From positions 163,000,001 through 163,064,000 of the forward strand of contig NC_086097.1 of NCBI RefSeq assembly GCF_963921235.1: a stretch of DNA of 64,000 nucleotides, in the 5' to 3' direction. Shown one piece after another: positions 1-13,648 of the stretch. The stretch is from Mobula hypostoma. Lineage: Eukaryota. Within the stretch, counting starts at the first letter, position 1. Each line of letters starts with the position of its first letter. A program made the position numbers and the translations under genes. The notes beneath the pieces are model-generated. The model was not told the DNA's origin. It saw nothing but the letters and a program-made list of their open reading frames with translations, and ran no database searches.

Positions 1-113
1 TTTTCATTTTGTTAATAAGATTTTGTTGATCTTTTTTTCACAACTTCTTAGGTGTATAATCTCTGAATATCCTATTTCGAACTGGAGGGTTAGAAACAGA
101 ACCATCCCATTAC

Positions 114-254
114 CTTATTACCCATGTAGGATTCTGGAGCTGTCCAGTGGTACAGAATTGGCTGGAGGTTTCTTGTTTCAGTATTGTTGATGAGAAGTTG
201 CAGGCGGCCTATGTCATGAGGTTTACTCTCTTGCCATCCAGTAACATCCATGAT
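114..254 (-). CDS. LAMA1: LAMA1 coding exon (exon 12 equivalent), start of L4a (domain IV)
   Basis: 141 nt, tcaaag|ATC...AAG|gtaatg. IMDVTGWQESKPHDIGRLQLLINNTETRNLQPILYHWTAPESYMGNK, containing the laminin IV motif YxWxAPxxYxGNK. Confidence 0.92.
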
Positions 255-2644
255 CTTTGAAATAACAGTATTCTATTAATTTTAGATATCTACATGGTAT
301 TTCTTTAATCAGTAGCATTCATCAATGGGTCAACAATTCCAGTGCATACAAAAGACATAGCAAATGATAATCATTAATGAATTAGAAGGATGGTCTTTAT
401 TTGCAGAAAATTAGTAAATAAATACCTTACTAATTTGTTACTCATTAGAATAAATCAACTTCTATGTGCTTGAAAGGACAAGTGCTTAGAATGTTAGCAG
501 CTTGATTCATACAGCTTTTTTGTACTGATTTGAAGCTGGAATTAAATCAATTTATTTTTACATGCTGTGCCAATTTTTAAACTACCTATTGGAGCAGAAA
601 TTATAATTAATGGTTCTCTGCGCTCTGCTTCTTGGGATGGTTGATTATATTAAAAAAAAACATTTGTCTGCCAGGACACATATTTTCATCAACTTTGAAA
701 AGAATTTTTGAGTATAGAAAGACAATTCTCCAGAAAACAAGGTGAATTTAGAGAAGTTGGTTGTGGTCAGTGGACCAATGTGGGAGAAACTGGTTGGAAG
801 ACACCTGTTGCAAAATACAAACAGAGCCTTGTGGAATGTTGGGCTGAATTGCTGGAAACAGGCAAGGAAATTCTGCAGGCCCAAGGCAAGCAAGTGTTCT
901 CAATAAAGACCCTCATAAAATCTGGAAACTTCTGCTGCTGTATTCACATTTTCAGGGATCATCTCTGCACTCATGATCACCATCTCCCTACCCACTGTAC
1001 CCCATCAAATAAACTCTGCTTCTATCGACTGCTTAATTCCTTAATCTTTTTTCTCCTCACTTCTGATATCCAGTGAGCTGCAGTGGATGTCTGCTTGATG
1101 CATTCAGTTCACTCTAGCACAAATTCTGCTGACAGTACATTCCACCTTCAAACAGCGGTCTATTTTCTCAGGCAATAACTGCACCAAAAGCTCAATATTA
1201 GATCATGACTGACTGTCTTGAAATTGAGAAATCAATATGGAAGGGGGTCAAAGATCAGAGAACTAAACACCACAAAGCATGCAAGATCTAAATCAGTTAT
1301 CTTCTTTAGATGTTACCAAAGAGAAATTTAAATATCAGCAGATTAGCAACATAGCAAACAGTAATAGGAGCAGGCCAGATGCTCCCTCAGCCTGTTTCCC
1401 CATTCAAAAGAATCATGACAGATCTAATCTTGGCTTCAACACTAATACTCTGCTCTCTCTACCTATAACCCTTTACCCTCTTGACTTTCAGAGTAATGGT
1501 AGGTGGCTGAGGAGTGTTCTAGTACAGAGAGACTCAGGAGTACAAGTATATAGTTTCTTAAAAGTGGTAATCACAGGTAGACAGAGTGATGCAGACCACA
1601 TTTGGTATACTAGCCATCATCAACCAAGACATTTGAGTATAGGACTTAGGATGTTACGTTGCAAATATTGCCACCAGGGAGGAGATACAGGAGCATGAAG
1701 ATGCACTCTCAATATTTTAGGAACAGCTTCTTCCCCTCTGCCATCAGATTTCCGAACAGCCCATGAACTCATGAACACTACCCCACAATTATTCTCTAAA
1801 CTTTTTACTTATTTTTAAAATTGTAACGTATGGTATTTTTTCCCATCTTGTAATATACTACTGTCACATAGACAACAATATTTTTGAAATAAGCCCGTTA
1901 TAATAAACCTGATTTTGATTCTGAAAGTAATGCATTTTCTAGTGAACGCAGTAGGTTTCAAGGGAAATAGAACCACGTGTTCTATCACTACCTCAGTATG
2001 GCAACATTATGATTACTTTGCACTATAATATATCTTTTTTATTCCAATATTGTATTTTCTTGTAGAATTCATGTTTTTCTTGTCAATGTTTTGTCTCTGA
2101 CGCTGTGCCTGTAATGCTGAAGCAAGCTTTTCATTGTGATTGTACATACATGTACTTGTGCAGATGACAATAAACTCCACTTTGACAAATGGACAAGACT
2201 TTGGTGAAACCATACCTGGAATACTGAGTGCACTTACCCTGTTATGGGAAATAAATCATTAAGTTGGAAAGAGTGCAAAGAAGGTTCACTGGAGCATTGT
2301 CAGGATTTGAGGGCTGGAGTAACATAGGGTAAGGTTGTGCAGGCTACGGCTACACTCCTTGGAATGTAGGAGATCAATGGATGACTTTATAGAGTGTATA
2401 AAATCATGAGGGGTGTGGTTGGGGTGAATCCACTCAGTATTTTTCCCAGGGAAAGAGAATTAAAATCTAGAACTCATAGGTTTAAGGTACAAGGGGAAAG
2501 ATTTTAAAAGGACCTAGTGGGCAACTTGTTCATGCAGAAGGTGTTGGGTATATGGAATGAGATGTCACTGGAAATGATTGAAGCAAGTACAACAACAATA
2601 TTTAAAAGACAATTGAAAGGTACTTGGATAGGAAGGGTTTAGAG

Positions 2645-2783
2645 CAAAGGTTCCCAACCTGGGGTCCCTTTTAAATGTTTCCCCTTGCACCTTAAACCTA
2701 TGTGTTCTTAATTTTAATTCTCTTTCCCTAAGAAAAATACTGAGTGGTATTGGTCCATGGCATAAAAAAGTTGGTAATCTCTG
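2645..2783. mobile_element. Tiny hAT (Buster-type) MITE inserted in a CR1 fragment (about 2195-2900)
   Basis: Ends caaaggttcccaacc and agttggtaatctctg; 8-bp TSD gtttagag/gtttaaag with central TA. Confidence 0.75.
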
Positions 2784-3031
2784 GTTTAAAGGAATATGGA
2801 CCAAATGGGGGCAAATGGGAATAGCTCAGATTAACAGCTTGGTCAACAGGACAAGTTGTGCTAAAGGGTCTGCTTCCATTCTACATCTCTGTTGTACTTT
2901 AAATTCTACTAATCTCCATTTTAATTCAATCACTCTGCCTCAACAGCCCTCTGATGAATTCCAAAAAGTTAGTGCCCTCCAGAAGAAATTCATACCTATC
3001 TCCATCCTGAGCAAGTGTCTTTGTTTACAGA

Positions 3032-3116
3032 AACAATGCCCTCCCCCCCGGATGCACCCACGAAGGAGGCAGCAAACAATGCCCCCCCCCCCCGGATGCA
3101 CCCACCAAGGAGGCAG
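3032..3116. repeat. Tandem duplication of about 44 bp containing poly-C
   Basis: aacaatgccc..ccggatgcaccca..aaggaggcag occurs twice. Confidence 0.85.
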
Positions 3117-3479
3117 TCTCACGGCTTGCACCTTCTCACTCAGGACACAACAAAAACATCCTATCTAACCAGATGCTGTGCCGAGGTTTCAGGAATGTTA
3201 TCCACGTGTACAGCTGGATTTGGAGGGGCGCAGATTGCGAATATGGGCTGCTTGAAGGCTCAGGAGTGCGGAGGCCTATGGCTTGAGCAGAGTGCCCAAA
3301 GTGCAGGTCTGGCATGCAGCTGTAGCTGGCCTTTGGGAACCTTCACCCAGTGTGCAGCTGGAGCATCAGCAGCCATTCTCACCGCCGCCTTTGATATCAC
3401 TGAAACAGCTGGAAGCTATTATGGGAGCCCCCTACTCAAATTCAGCTGCCTAAATTAATAAAGAGAAGTATAGACAAAG

Positions 3480-5640
3480 TGCATGGAGAGGAGGAAGACT
3501 GGTTTCCATGATGTGCTGAGCTATATCCACAAATTCCTGTATCTTTTTACGGTCGTGGTAGATCAGCTGTCATCCCAAGCTCTGATGCACCCAGGTAGGA
3601 GATTTTCTATGGCACATTGATAAAAATCGGTAAGAGTCAAATGGGACACAATTCTTCAGACTCCTGAGGAAGTAGAGGCACTGGTGAACTTTCTTGACTG
3701 TGGCATCAACATGGTTAAATTAGGACAGATTAATGTGGACAGTAATGTCCACTCTTAGGAACTTTGAGTTCTCAATCCTCTCGAACTCAGCACCATTGAT
3801 ATAAACAGGAACATTTGCACTTCCCCCTTCCTGAAGTCAATATTTTGCTTTTCGTTTTGACCTTGAGGGGAAGGTTGTTATCATGACTCCATCTCCTTGC
3901 CATACTTTGACTCTGCGATATTTCAGATATCGCCCCTATGGAATATCATCTGAAAACATCTAGATGGGAGTTAGACCAGTCATGAGTGTATAGAGAGCAG
4001 AGCAACTTTGGATGCAACTTTGTCAAGCACCAATGTTGAAAATAACCCTGAGGAGTGTTTCTGCTTATCCTTACTGATTGCAGTCAGAAAGTCAAGGACC
4101 CAATTGAAAAGGGAGAAGTCTAGGAATCTGAGATAAGATTGCTTGGAATTATAGTATTGAAGGGTAAACTATAGTAAATAGTCTAATGTAGGTTTCTTTA
4201 CTATCCATAGGTGCCAAAGTTGAGTGGGTCAGGGAGATGGCGTCTCCCTGTTCTGACAATGTGAACTTGCCTGGGAGGCTGGAGTCAATGCATGTCATGA
4301 TCAGCCTCTTGAAGCACTTCATGATGGGGAATGTCAGCACCCCCAGATGGTAGTCATTAAGGCATATTACCTTCCTATTCGTAGGTACCAAAAAGATAAT
4401 GGTCTTCTTAAATAAGGTGGAACCCTCAGAATAAGGTAGAGAAAGCTTAAACATGTCTATAAATACCATCTACTGATCTGCACAGGATTTTGGGACATGG
4501 CCAGGGACCCATCCAGACCAATTCCTTTCTGCAAATTCACTCTCCAGAACACTAATCTTATGTCCACAGTGAGACTATGGATTCTTGTCTTGTCTTGTCC
4601 ATACTGCACCAACCGCCAGTGCTGGGCTATAAATGTGCAGGAGCAATGTGTGGTTAAGTGCCTTGCTCAAGGACACAACACGCTGCCTCGGCTGAGGCTC
4701 AAACTCGTGACTTTCAGATCACTAGTCCAACACCTTAACCACTTGGCCACTTGGAGGTACATTGGATGAGTTGTGACAAGCCAATCTCCATCTGTTCAAA
4801 ACATGCATCAAATGGGTTGCACTGTTGTTGGCAATTCCGCCCAACTTTGTCTTGTAGTCTGCTAGGTATGTTGAGTTTAATAGAGGTCACATCTCAATTT
4901 CGTGTAAAGGTTAGTTAACTGATTTGAATGTTGCAGTCTAGACTTCTGTAGGGAATGGATGTCCCAGTTCATCTAAAGTTTGGAAACACTCAGACTGTCA
5001 TCCTTGATATACAGTCCTCAAGACACTTGTTGATAGTATATACACTGGCAACCGAGTCTTTGAACATTGATGACTACTAATTGATGCAGTTTCACAGAAG
5101 ATCATCTGTTTCCTCAGACTTGAACTGAATAATTTATTGTACTGGATCCTCACATTTCATCTTCTACTTTTTATGCAGGGAGAAGGAGCACAGCCTGGAA
5201 GTCTCTGTGCAGCAGATGGCTCAGTGGGCATTGCCGATGGTTGTATAACAATTGTCAAGGATATTTAGAGTCCTGGTCGGACAACAGACATGCTGATAGA
5301 ACTTTGGTAAAACACTGACGTTTTCCTGGTTAAGGTCACCAGCAATGACAAGGAAGGTGTTGTGCTTCAAGGCTGTTGACTAGAGTATAGTTCGTTGAGT
5401 GCCAGCATCACACCTTCATGGAGCTGGATGTAGAGTGCCATCAGGAAGTGAATTTCATGGCAGGTAATATGACTGCTAGATATTCCAAACTCTGTGAGCA
5501 AGAACTCATTAGGACCATCACATCCATGCACCGGGAGGTGTTGATTAGGAAACAGAACCCTTTGCCTCTAACTTTGCCTGAGGATGCCATACAACCCATC
5601 TGATGAATTGAGAAGCTGTCAGGTTGTATGTCACCCAACA
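3480..5640 (-). mobile_element. Old degraded Rex1/Babar (L2-group) LINE
   Basis: Minus-strand remnants CLNDYH..LT.PIMKCFKRL (RT lead-in), LINTSRCMD..CS..LEYL and AGDLNQ (endonuclease). Contains SINE insertions. Boundaries are approximate. Confidence 0.7.
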
Positions 5641-7690
5641 TGGAGCAGGAGCATTTGGGAAGCTCACAGACCATAAGACTACAAGATATAGGAGCAGAAC
5701 TGGGCCATTTAGTTCATCGAGTCTGCTCTGCCATTTCATTAAGGCTGATCTAATTTTCTTCTCAGCCCCATCTCCTTCCTGTATCCCTACATGCCCTGAC
5801 CAATCAAGCTATCAAACTCTGCCTTAAATATACATAAAGCTTTGGCCTCCTTCAGTTGCCTATGGCAATGAATTCCACACGTTCACCACTTTCTGGCTAA
5901 AGAAATTCCTCATCTCCATTCTAAAAGGATGCCCCTCCATTCTGAGGCTGGGCCCTCTAGTCATAGACTCCCCACCAGAGGAAGCATGTATTGGGAGTGC
6001 AGAGACCAGCGTAAACAGCAGTAGATCCTACCACCTCACAAGTGACTCATCCCGTTAGCTCCTCGCTGTTCACATTTCTATCAACTCACAAAACCTGAAT
6101 GGAAGCTATGTGTCCCCACTCCTAGCAATCATCAAGACTAAAAACCTAAGAAAGAACAAAGGATGAACTAAAAGTAGGAGGGAGATCTGCTGCCTAGACT
6201 TGGACTTTCCATTCAGGAAATGACTTCAAAGAAATCTGGCTTTAAAAGATTCACCTATGACTTCTCCTTGACTGATATACAGTACCTTGCTAGCAGGAGA
6301 CAACTACGGCATCAGCAAGAGCACAGCAAACAAACCAGTACCATTTAAGCTTCAATCAGTTAACAAATTTTTTTGTAATATTTGAAGCATTTTGAAGTAT
6401 GTAGATTAGAGATTAGGCAGTTCTCATGGCTGAAGGTAGAAAACTGTGAACAATCCTTTTAGAATATAATACATTATAAAATTATATCTGAGTGCAGAGA
6501 TATTGTGCAGTAGTGATTAGGAAATTAATCAAAGTTGCCCGCCACCCCCCCCCACATTTAAACAAGGTGTGAGATTTTGATCGTTGGTTAGAAATTGAAC
6601 TTCTTGCCAAATCACTGATTGTATATTGATTGCAACTTTTGAGAGACTGCAGTTGACCACTTTAGAGAGGAAACAATTTGTAGATTTCCACATTCATGCA
6701 GGTGAGTGGATGCTAAAACATTGCTGTCAGTTTTACAAAGTAATGATAATGAAAATGAATATGCTGAGCCATTAAATTAAGAACAGGAGGTAATGCAGTG
6801 TTTTACTTAAATAACAGAAAAAAAGGTTGTAATTGCAGAACAGAGATGTACTTGTTTTTAGTTTGGAATGCTGTAACGAAGGCAGACGTTCATCTTAGCA
6901 GAAAGACATACCCAGATTAAATGTTAACTGAATCTTAAGAGTCATGTTCAGTACAGTAATAGACCCTTCAGCCAATAAAACTGAAATTTTTGTTCGTCTG
7001 CACTCATTCCATTTGCCTGCATTAAGTCCATCCTTCTATATCTACCTAAATGCCTGCCTAAATGTCTCTTAAACATAGTAAATTAACTCTGTGTAAAACA
7101 ACTTAACCTTCCAAGCACCCTTTAAAACTCCTTCTTCTCATCTTGCCATCTTGTCTTCCAGCCATGAGTTAAGTTGCCCCTTCCTGTTCTTTAACGTCCA
7201 GGAATTCAGTTATTGACTTGCTCGGTATTTTTATTCTAGGTCTGAGAATGACTGAATGATCTTTATGTGAAATCTCAGTGCTCTGGGCAATGACTGAGAA
7301 AGCTGCAAGGCAATTTATAGCCACAAAAGTGTCATAAAATAAATGTAATTTTCCTCTGTACGGTTTTCACAGTTTAAGAGAGTTAATAGACTGTGTACCC
7401 TTACAAAACAAATTTGCAACACAGTCACTGACCACTAGAAGCACCAAACCATTGAAATATCTTCCACTGTAGCTTTAGCTTACTGATGCAGAAGAGGAAC
7501 ATCTTTTCATGAAGCAGACCTAAGGTTCATCTAGCCCTATTCCACTGTCTTTCGCTACACAAACTAGGCTGGACTAATAATGGTCTGTATCCTTGTATTT
7601 CCCCCCAATATCAGAAAGAACACTTTCATACTTCAGTTGTACAAGGACAAATGTAAACTAATAAAGTTCAGTTAACCAATTAAAACTTAC

Positions 7691-7831
7691 CTGGGTAACA
7701 GGCCAAGAAATACTTTCACAGACTCCAGACAGTCCAAAGCAGAAACATTCTGTACAGCCTTCTGGATTCCTTTCTTGCAAATTATAGAATCCTGACTTGC
7801 ACTGGTCACAGTTCTCTCCCTCCACATTTCT
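7691..7831 (-). CDS. LAMA1: LAMA1 coding exon (exon 11 equivalent), LE to L4a junction
   Basis: 141 nt, tgcag|AGA...CAG|gtaagt. [47 protein letters not shown]. Confidence 0.95.
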
Positions 7832-8429
7832 CTGCAATTCAGAAATCCTTTTATTCCATATAACACAAGCTTAAAATAGTCAATATCAATTCTGACATTG
7901 ACAATCAGCAGTGACAGAAGTGGCAAAGTCTCCCAATTTTTAAACTCCAACCCTTTTGCAATGAAAGCAAAAATTTTCATTGCCACCTTAACTATTTGCT
8001 GGACCTGCCTGCTAGCTTTTTGTGATTTATGTAACAGAGAAAATGCAGAAGAAATGTGCTAAGATTATTTGAGGATGGTGAACCTTAATTACTTGGAGAC
8101 AGTAAAGAAACTGGTGATGTTTTCCTTGCAATAAGAGGGAAATTTCAAGGGCATTCTCTTGGTGTCTCCAATGTGAAGAGATAAGTTAAGAGTTCCCATT
8201 AGTGGAGGGATGAAGAATCAGGTGAGAGTGTGTGAAAGTGACTGGTAAATGAACCAAAAGCAGCTTATCCATTTTCAGGTTTCCCAAGGGCTCCAATATT
8301 TGTAAATCAAATCCTACATATCACTGCCTGAGTGATAACCATTCAAACAAGCTTTTCTTTGGCTCTACTACACTGAAGGAGTCCACTCATCTTCATATTG
8401 ATGGATTACTCATATTCCAGGTACAGATA

Positions 8430-8926
8430 CACACAGTGGCCACTTTATTAGGTACCTCCAGTACTCCAGCCGCTGAGTATATGGTCATGGTCTTCTGCTG
8501 CTGGTTTGACATGTTGTGCGTTCAAAGAGGCCTTTCTGCACGTCACTGTTATAATGCGTGGGTATTTGAGTTACTGCCACTTTCTTGTCAGCATGAACCA
8601 GTCCAGCCATTCTCATCTGGCCTCTCATTAACAAGCCATTTTTCCCATAAAACTGCTGCTCACCGGGTGGTGTTTTTTTTTTACACCATTCCCTGTGAGC
8701 TCTGGAGACAGTTACGTGTGAAAAATCCTAGGAGACCAGCAATTTCTGCAACCACTCAAACCACTCTGTCTGACACCAACAACCATTCCACAGGCAAAGT
8801 CACTGTTCTTCCCCATTCTTAAGTATGGTATGAACCAAACTGAGTTGCTGCGACATGGCTGGCTGATTAGATATTTGCATTAGCGAACGAGTATACAGAT
8901 GTACCTAATGAAGTAGCCACTAAGTG
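8430..8926. mobile_element. Tc1/mariner-like non-autonomous element
   Basis: TIRs cacacagtggccactttattaggtac and gtacctaatgaagtagccactaagtg, each flanked by TA. Confidence 0.8.
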
Positions 8927-9454
8927 TATAGCTCTGTTGCTGAAATTCTGATGTGGTTTCTTGGCTTAGGAAATAGTATGAATGAGTTGTGAATCCACAA
9001 CCATTCTCTTCAGAAGGATGAGTACTTTAAGCTTACAGGCACTGTACCATCTGCAGTTACCCACCTAGTCACGCACCATTATGGTGCCTAAAGCCGAGAA
9101 CACCCTCTCCCAGAATATATTCCCCCTTCACTAGAAGCCTGCTGTGGGTAGGGAAAGGGCTTAGACCCAACTCCTCACGTGCAGAGGGAGGGCAGGAAAC
9201 ATACGCTCGCTTCTCCAGCACTGCCCACATCATGAAAGACAAATGAACAGTTATGTGCCTCCACAAGTAAGTTCAAGCCTAAGTCTGAGATGACGCTTTA
9301 TGTGAGAGTGTTACAGAACATAAGAATTCATTTTTGATATAATAATAGACATGAAATGGAAGCAGGAGTTATTAACCTGCTCCACCATTGCAGAAAGGAA
9401 GGGAGACACTAGGGGCAGCAGATGTTAGAATTCAGAACAGCAATCTGCTGAGAG

Positions 9455-9675
9455 AACTCACACAAAAATTGCTGATGAACGCAGCAGGCCAGGCAGCATC
9501 TATAGGAAGAGGTACAGTCGACGTTTCGGGCCAAGACCCTTCATCAGGACAACGGGTCTCGTCCCGAAATGACTGTACCTCTTCCTATAGATGCTGCCTG
9601 GCCTGCTGCGTTCACCAGCAAGTTTTGTGTGTGTTGCTTGAAATTCCAGCATCTGCAGATTTCCTCGTGTTTGCT
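9455..9675. mobile_element. Inverted pair of PLE terminal repeats
   Basis: The gcagcaggccaggcagcatctataggaagagg.. arm is followed by its reverse complement. A hammerhead core lies on the minus strand at 9516-9550. Confidence 0.8.
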
Positions 9676-10204
9676 GAGAGAACGCAGCAGGTTAAGCAGC
9701 AACTCAGAGGGAATGAACAAATAGCCAACATTTCGGTTTGAACCCCTTCATTGGGACTGGGAGTGGAGAGCAGCGGTGGTCAGTATAAAGAGGAGTGGTG
9801 AGGCAAGGACCCCCCAGTGATTGGTGAACTAGGGTAGGGTGTAAGATGATTGGCAGGTGACGCCAGCTAGGAGCGGGAAGAGTGGTAGAATTGGGAGATA
9901 GTGGCACATGGATTACAGATGGAGGCAGATAAGGAGAAAAAAACCAAGAGACAGTCAGAGGGAGGCAAGGTGAAGATTGTGGAGTCTGCTGCTCGAGGCT
10001 CTTGTTCAATCCCAATCAGCAGCTCTATCTTCAGCTCATTGATTCCATTATTATTGCAAAATTTATCACAACCAGTCATGAATATATTCAATGACTGAAC
10101 ATCCATAACCCCATTATGTAGACAATTCCAAAGATTCACAAATAACTGAGTGAAGAACTTGTTCATCTCTCAGTCTAGAGCCAATAAGCCCCTAAGTTCT
10201 AGAC

Positions 10205-13200
10205 CAATGATTTCCAATGGGGGCATGGTTATATGTCCTGAGGGGGGCGGTAGGGGAAATAGAAGTCAGGGCATTCAAGCTTCTTGAGGAGGGTGGTAAG
10301 CAGCACCCTAACTTGAAGCACAAGACCTGGCAGACCATTAGTAGATCAGGAACTTCCAAAAGGAAGGATGAGGCACTGGAACACAAGAAGAAGCATAGCT
10401 CTGCAGGCTGTGAGCACTCGTCGTCCCAGTGCATCTGATACTCACCAATCTCATCCAGACTTACCCAACAAACAGAAATTATTGGGGATGCATCAAATAG
10501 CAACCAGGGTGCCCAACAGTTCCCCTTGACGAGGTCATGCAATTTAACAGTTAGTAAGTCAAGTACACCCTCTCAACTTTCTTTACAATTCTATGGAAAA
10601 CAGGTCACTGGCTGGAACCAAACGATGAAATAGAGCCAATCGGTGAACCTACCAACCCCAAGGATTCCTCTTGAAGTGTTCAAAGCAACCTCAAGTTCAT
10701 ATGAGCAGTCAAAATTCATCTTTGGGGATTATAAGACCTTACATGATTGGTCAATCACGCTAACTGGAATAGTATAAAGGTGGACTGCTGAACACCAGCT
10801 CTATCCCTATTTACATTCAGATTCCAGTCTGAATCCTTGTCAACGTAATTTTCACTATCGTGATCGTCTTCATTGGTTTGCGTACCGCTACATCGTTCCA
10901 CCTATGTCAACTCACTGCCATCTTCAACATCCAACAAGCACTCCTAGTTTGTGTTAATTTTAAAAAATTTAACCCCATTAATGATGGATAAATATGTATG
11001 GCGCAACCTCTAAGAGCCTAAAGGTGGTGAAGCCTTGAATTCTAATCCTGCTAAGAAATAGAAACTGCAGAAAGTGCGTACAGGAAGTGTTATGTACCTG
11101 GAGTATGGCTTTATTCCATTCCTGTCAGATCAACGACACCCCATGTGCCTTATTTGTAATACTGTACCATCTAATGAAGTCATGAAACCATCAAGATTGC
11201 AGGAATATTTCCATAAAAGACATCCTGAAAAGGCTAGTAATGGTATTATTCAGTTCCAGAAGCATTTGAAAAGCATTGCACACTTAAGTCGTTTGCCAAG
11301 CAAGCTAAAAATGACCTTAATAGTGGTCTCAAGGCTTCTTATAACAGTTCCAAAGTGATAGCAAAATGTGGAAAACTCATACAATTGGTGAAAGATTAAT
11401 AATGCCTGTTGAATCAGAAGTGCTCACCACTGTTCTCAAAATGGATAGTAGTATTTTAAAATCAATTCCTTTGAGTAATAACTCCATAGCGCATTGTATT
11501 GACGATATGAGTGAAGAGATTAAGTATGCACAGAGCTACAAAAAACAGAATTTGGGATACAACTGGATAAGTCAATTGTATGAGACAATGAGGCATTGCT
11601 AATGGCATATGTACAGTTTATCAAAAATGGAAAAGTTTATGAAGAGATCCTCTTTTGTAAAAAGTTAAAATGAAATATCAATGGTGAAGCAATCTACGAT
11701 AAGCTCAAAATGTATATTGAGGATAGAAATATTCTGATTCGGAATATGATTTCTTGTTCAGCAGATGGAGCACCATATATGACAGGTCACCATGCTGGTT
11801 TAGTGAAAGTTATGAAAAAAGAAATCCCAAGTCTGTTTGAATCCATTGTGTAATTCATCTTCAACATCTCTCAGCCAAAACACCTCAGACAGCAACTTTT
11901 TTCAAGCATGACTCCTGTAATGTCTGCTAACAACAAAATTCAAGCTCATCCATTAAATAGTAGAATATTTTGCCAGTTATGCCAAAATAATGATGAAGTG
12001 TTTGAATGCTTGCTTCTTCACACTGAAGAGCATTGGCTGTCAAAAGACTCTTACTTAAAATGTTTCTTTGATCTTTTTGACTGTGGTTGAATTTTTGCTC
12101 AAAGTTGATAAGAGCTTGGGAAACAAGTTCAAATTTCTACATGGAGATGTTGCGTACCTAGCCGATCTGTATGACCAAATGAACATTCTACATATGAAAC
12201 TGCAGGGTGAGAATTTCAATTTAATCCAGGCACAAAGTGCACTGTCCACTTTTACTGAAAAACTGGAAATACATAAGCAAAACATTGGGAGAAGGATGTT
12301 CTCACAGTTACCCTGCATGGAAAGTACGGCACTCTCTTTCACAGTTGGTGATTAGCAAGAGCACTGCTTACACCTGCAGTTACTGAAGAAGGATTTTCAG
12401 AACCGATTCATGGATTTGAATAATCTGGAAATTCCGAACTGCAGAAAGTGGTGGGTGTGTGGAATGCACTGCCGGCAGCAGTGGTGGAAGTGGATACAAC
12501 AGGGTCTTTTAAGAGCCTCTTAGATAGGTACATGGAGCCTAGAAAAATAGAGTGCTATGCGCTGGGAAAGTTCTAGGCAATTTCTAGAGTAGGTTACATG
12601 GTTGGCACAACATTGTGGGCTAAAGAGCCTGTAATGTGCTGTAAATTTCCATATTCTATGTTCTTTGCAAGGTGGAAGAACAGGAGGAGAATTTGTAAGA
12701 AGAATTATCAAAACTCAGAATGATAAAGAAGCAAAAATGCTTTTCAAAAATGTTGGCTTTTGTGGTATGTAGCTAAACTGGTGTACAAATTTTCCTGGTC
12801 TTTGGAGAAGAGCCAAACTGCTCTTCATTGCATTTCTATCCTCCTACCTTGTTGAAAAAGGCTTTAGTGCAGTGAACCACGTACTCACAAAAAACAGAAA
12901 CCACTTGGACATCGGTTCAAGTTGTGTAGCAAAAGCCCTACATCCCCAGACAGAAAGATATTTCGACTCTTGCTAAAAACTATCAAGCTCAAGGATCACA
13001 TTGATATCGAAGCTGCTATACAGTGCACAGGTACTGTTTAAGCTGGGCTTAGAGACAAATAAAATTTTAAAGTAGAACTATTTTTCTCATATTAGCACAG
13101 GGTAAAAATGTTTTTACACTATGGGGTTGTCGGAAAGTATATTGTGCCTCAGATGGGCATTGGCCAGTATGAAAGTACTTTGGGGGGAAGGTGTTGGGCT

Positions 13201-13221
13201 AAAAAAAGTTGGGAAGCACTG
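10205..13221 (+). mobile_element. Degenerate near full-length Buster/Charlie-type hAT DNA transposon
   Basis: Broken transposase ORFs from 11074 to about 12990: BED finger PMCLIC..MKPSRL..H..H, KTHTIGERLI, IPLSNN, DGAP.MTG, HCVIH, LLLHTEEHWLS, SYLVEKGFS. 3' TIR ...gttgggaagcactg; degenerate 5' TIR caatgatttccaa. Flanks ttcTAgac and tttTAacc. Interrupted by a CR1 3' fragment at about 12443-12665. Confidence 0.85.
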
Positions 13222-13487
13222 TTTTAACCATAAACACAAGAGGTTCTGAAGATGCTGGAAATCCAATGCAACACAGGAAAAATGTTGGGGAAACTCAGCA
13301 GGTCAGGCAGCATCCATCGAAGTGAATAAAAAGTCAACGTTTCAGGCCAAGACCTTTCAGCAGGATTGAGTTCCTCCAGCATCTTGTGTGTGTTGTTCAA
13401 AAAATTAACCTTTACTCTGTTACAGCAATAACTATTGCTTAGAGCATACATAAAATGGAGATACACCATCACATAGCATCTACCAAC

Positions 13488-13648
13488 CTTGCATTCGCAT
13501 AGCTCAGCACAAGGGTCATCGTTGGTGCTGCCCACAACACTACAGTTACAACGCATGCAGTTGGGAAAGCCTTTATACCCCAATGCACAACGGTTGCACA
13601 TCCTCCCAGCATAACCAGCTCGGCAATGGCATTGACCAGGGTAAAGAC
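13488..13648 (-). CDS. LAMA1: LAMA1 coding exon (exon 10 equivalent), LE repeats
   Basis: 161 nt, atcag|GT...AAG|gttggt. (G)LYPGQCHCRAGYAGRMCNRCALGYKGFPNCMRCNCSVVGSTNDDPCAELCECK. Confidence 0.95.

Noticed and set aside
11074..12355. Domesticated ZBED/FAM200-like gene
   Set aside because: Multiple frameshifts and stops, a CR1 insertion and residual TIRs indicate a dead transposon.
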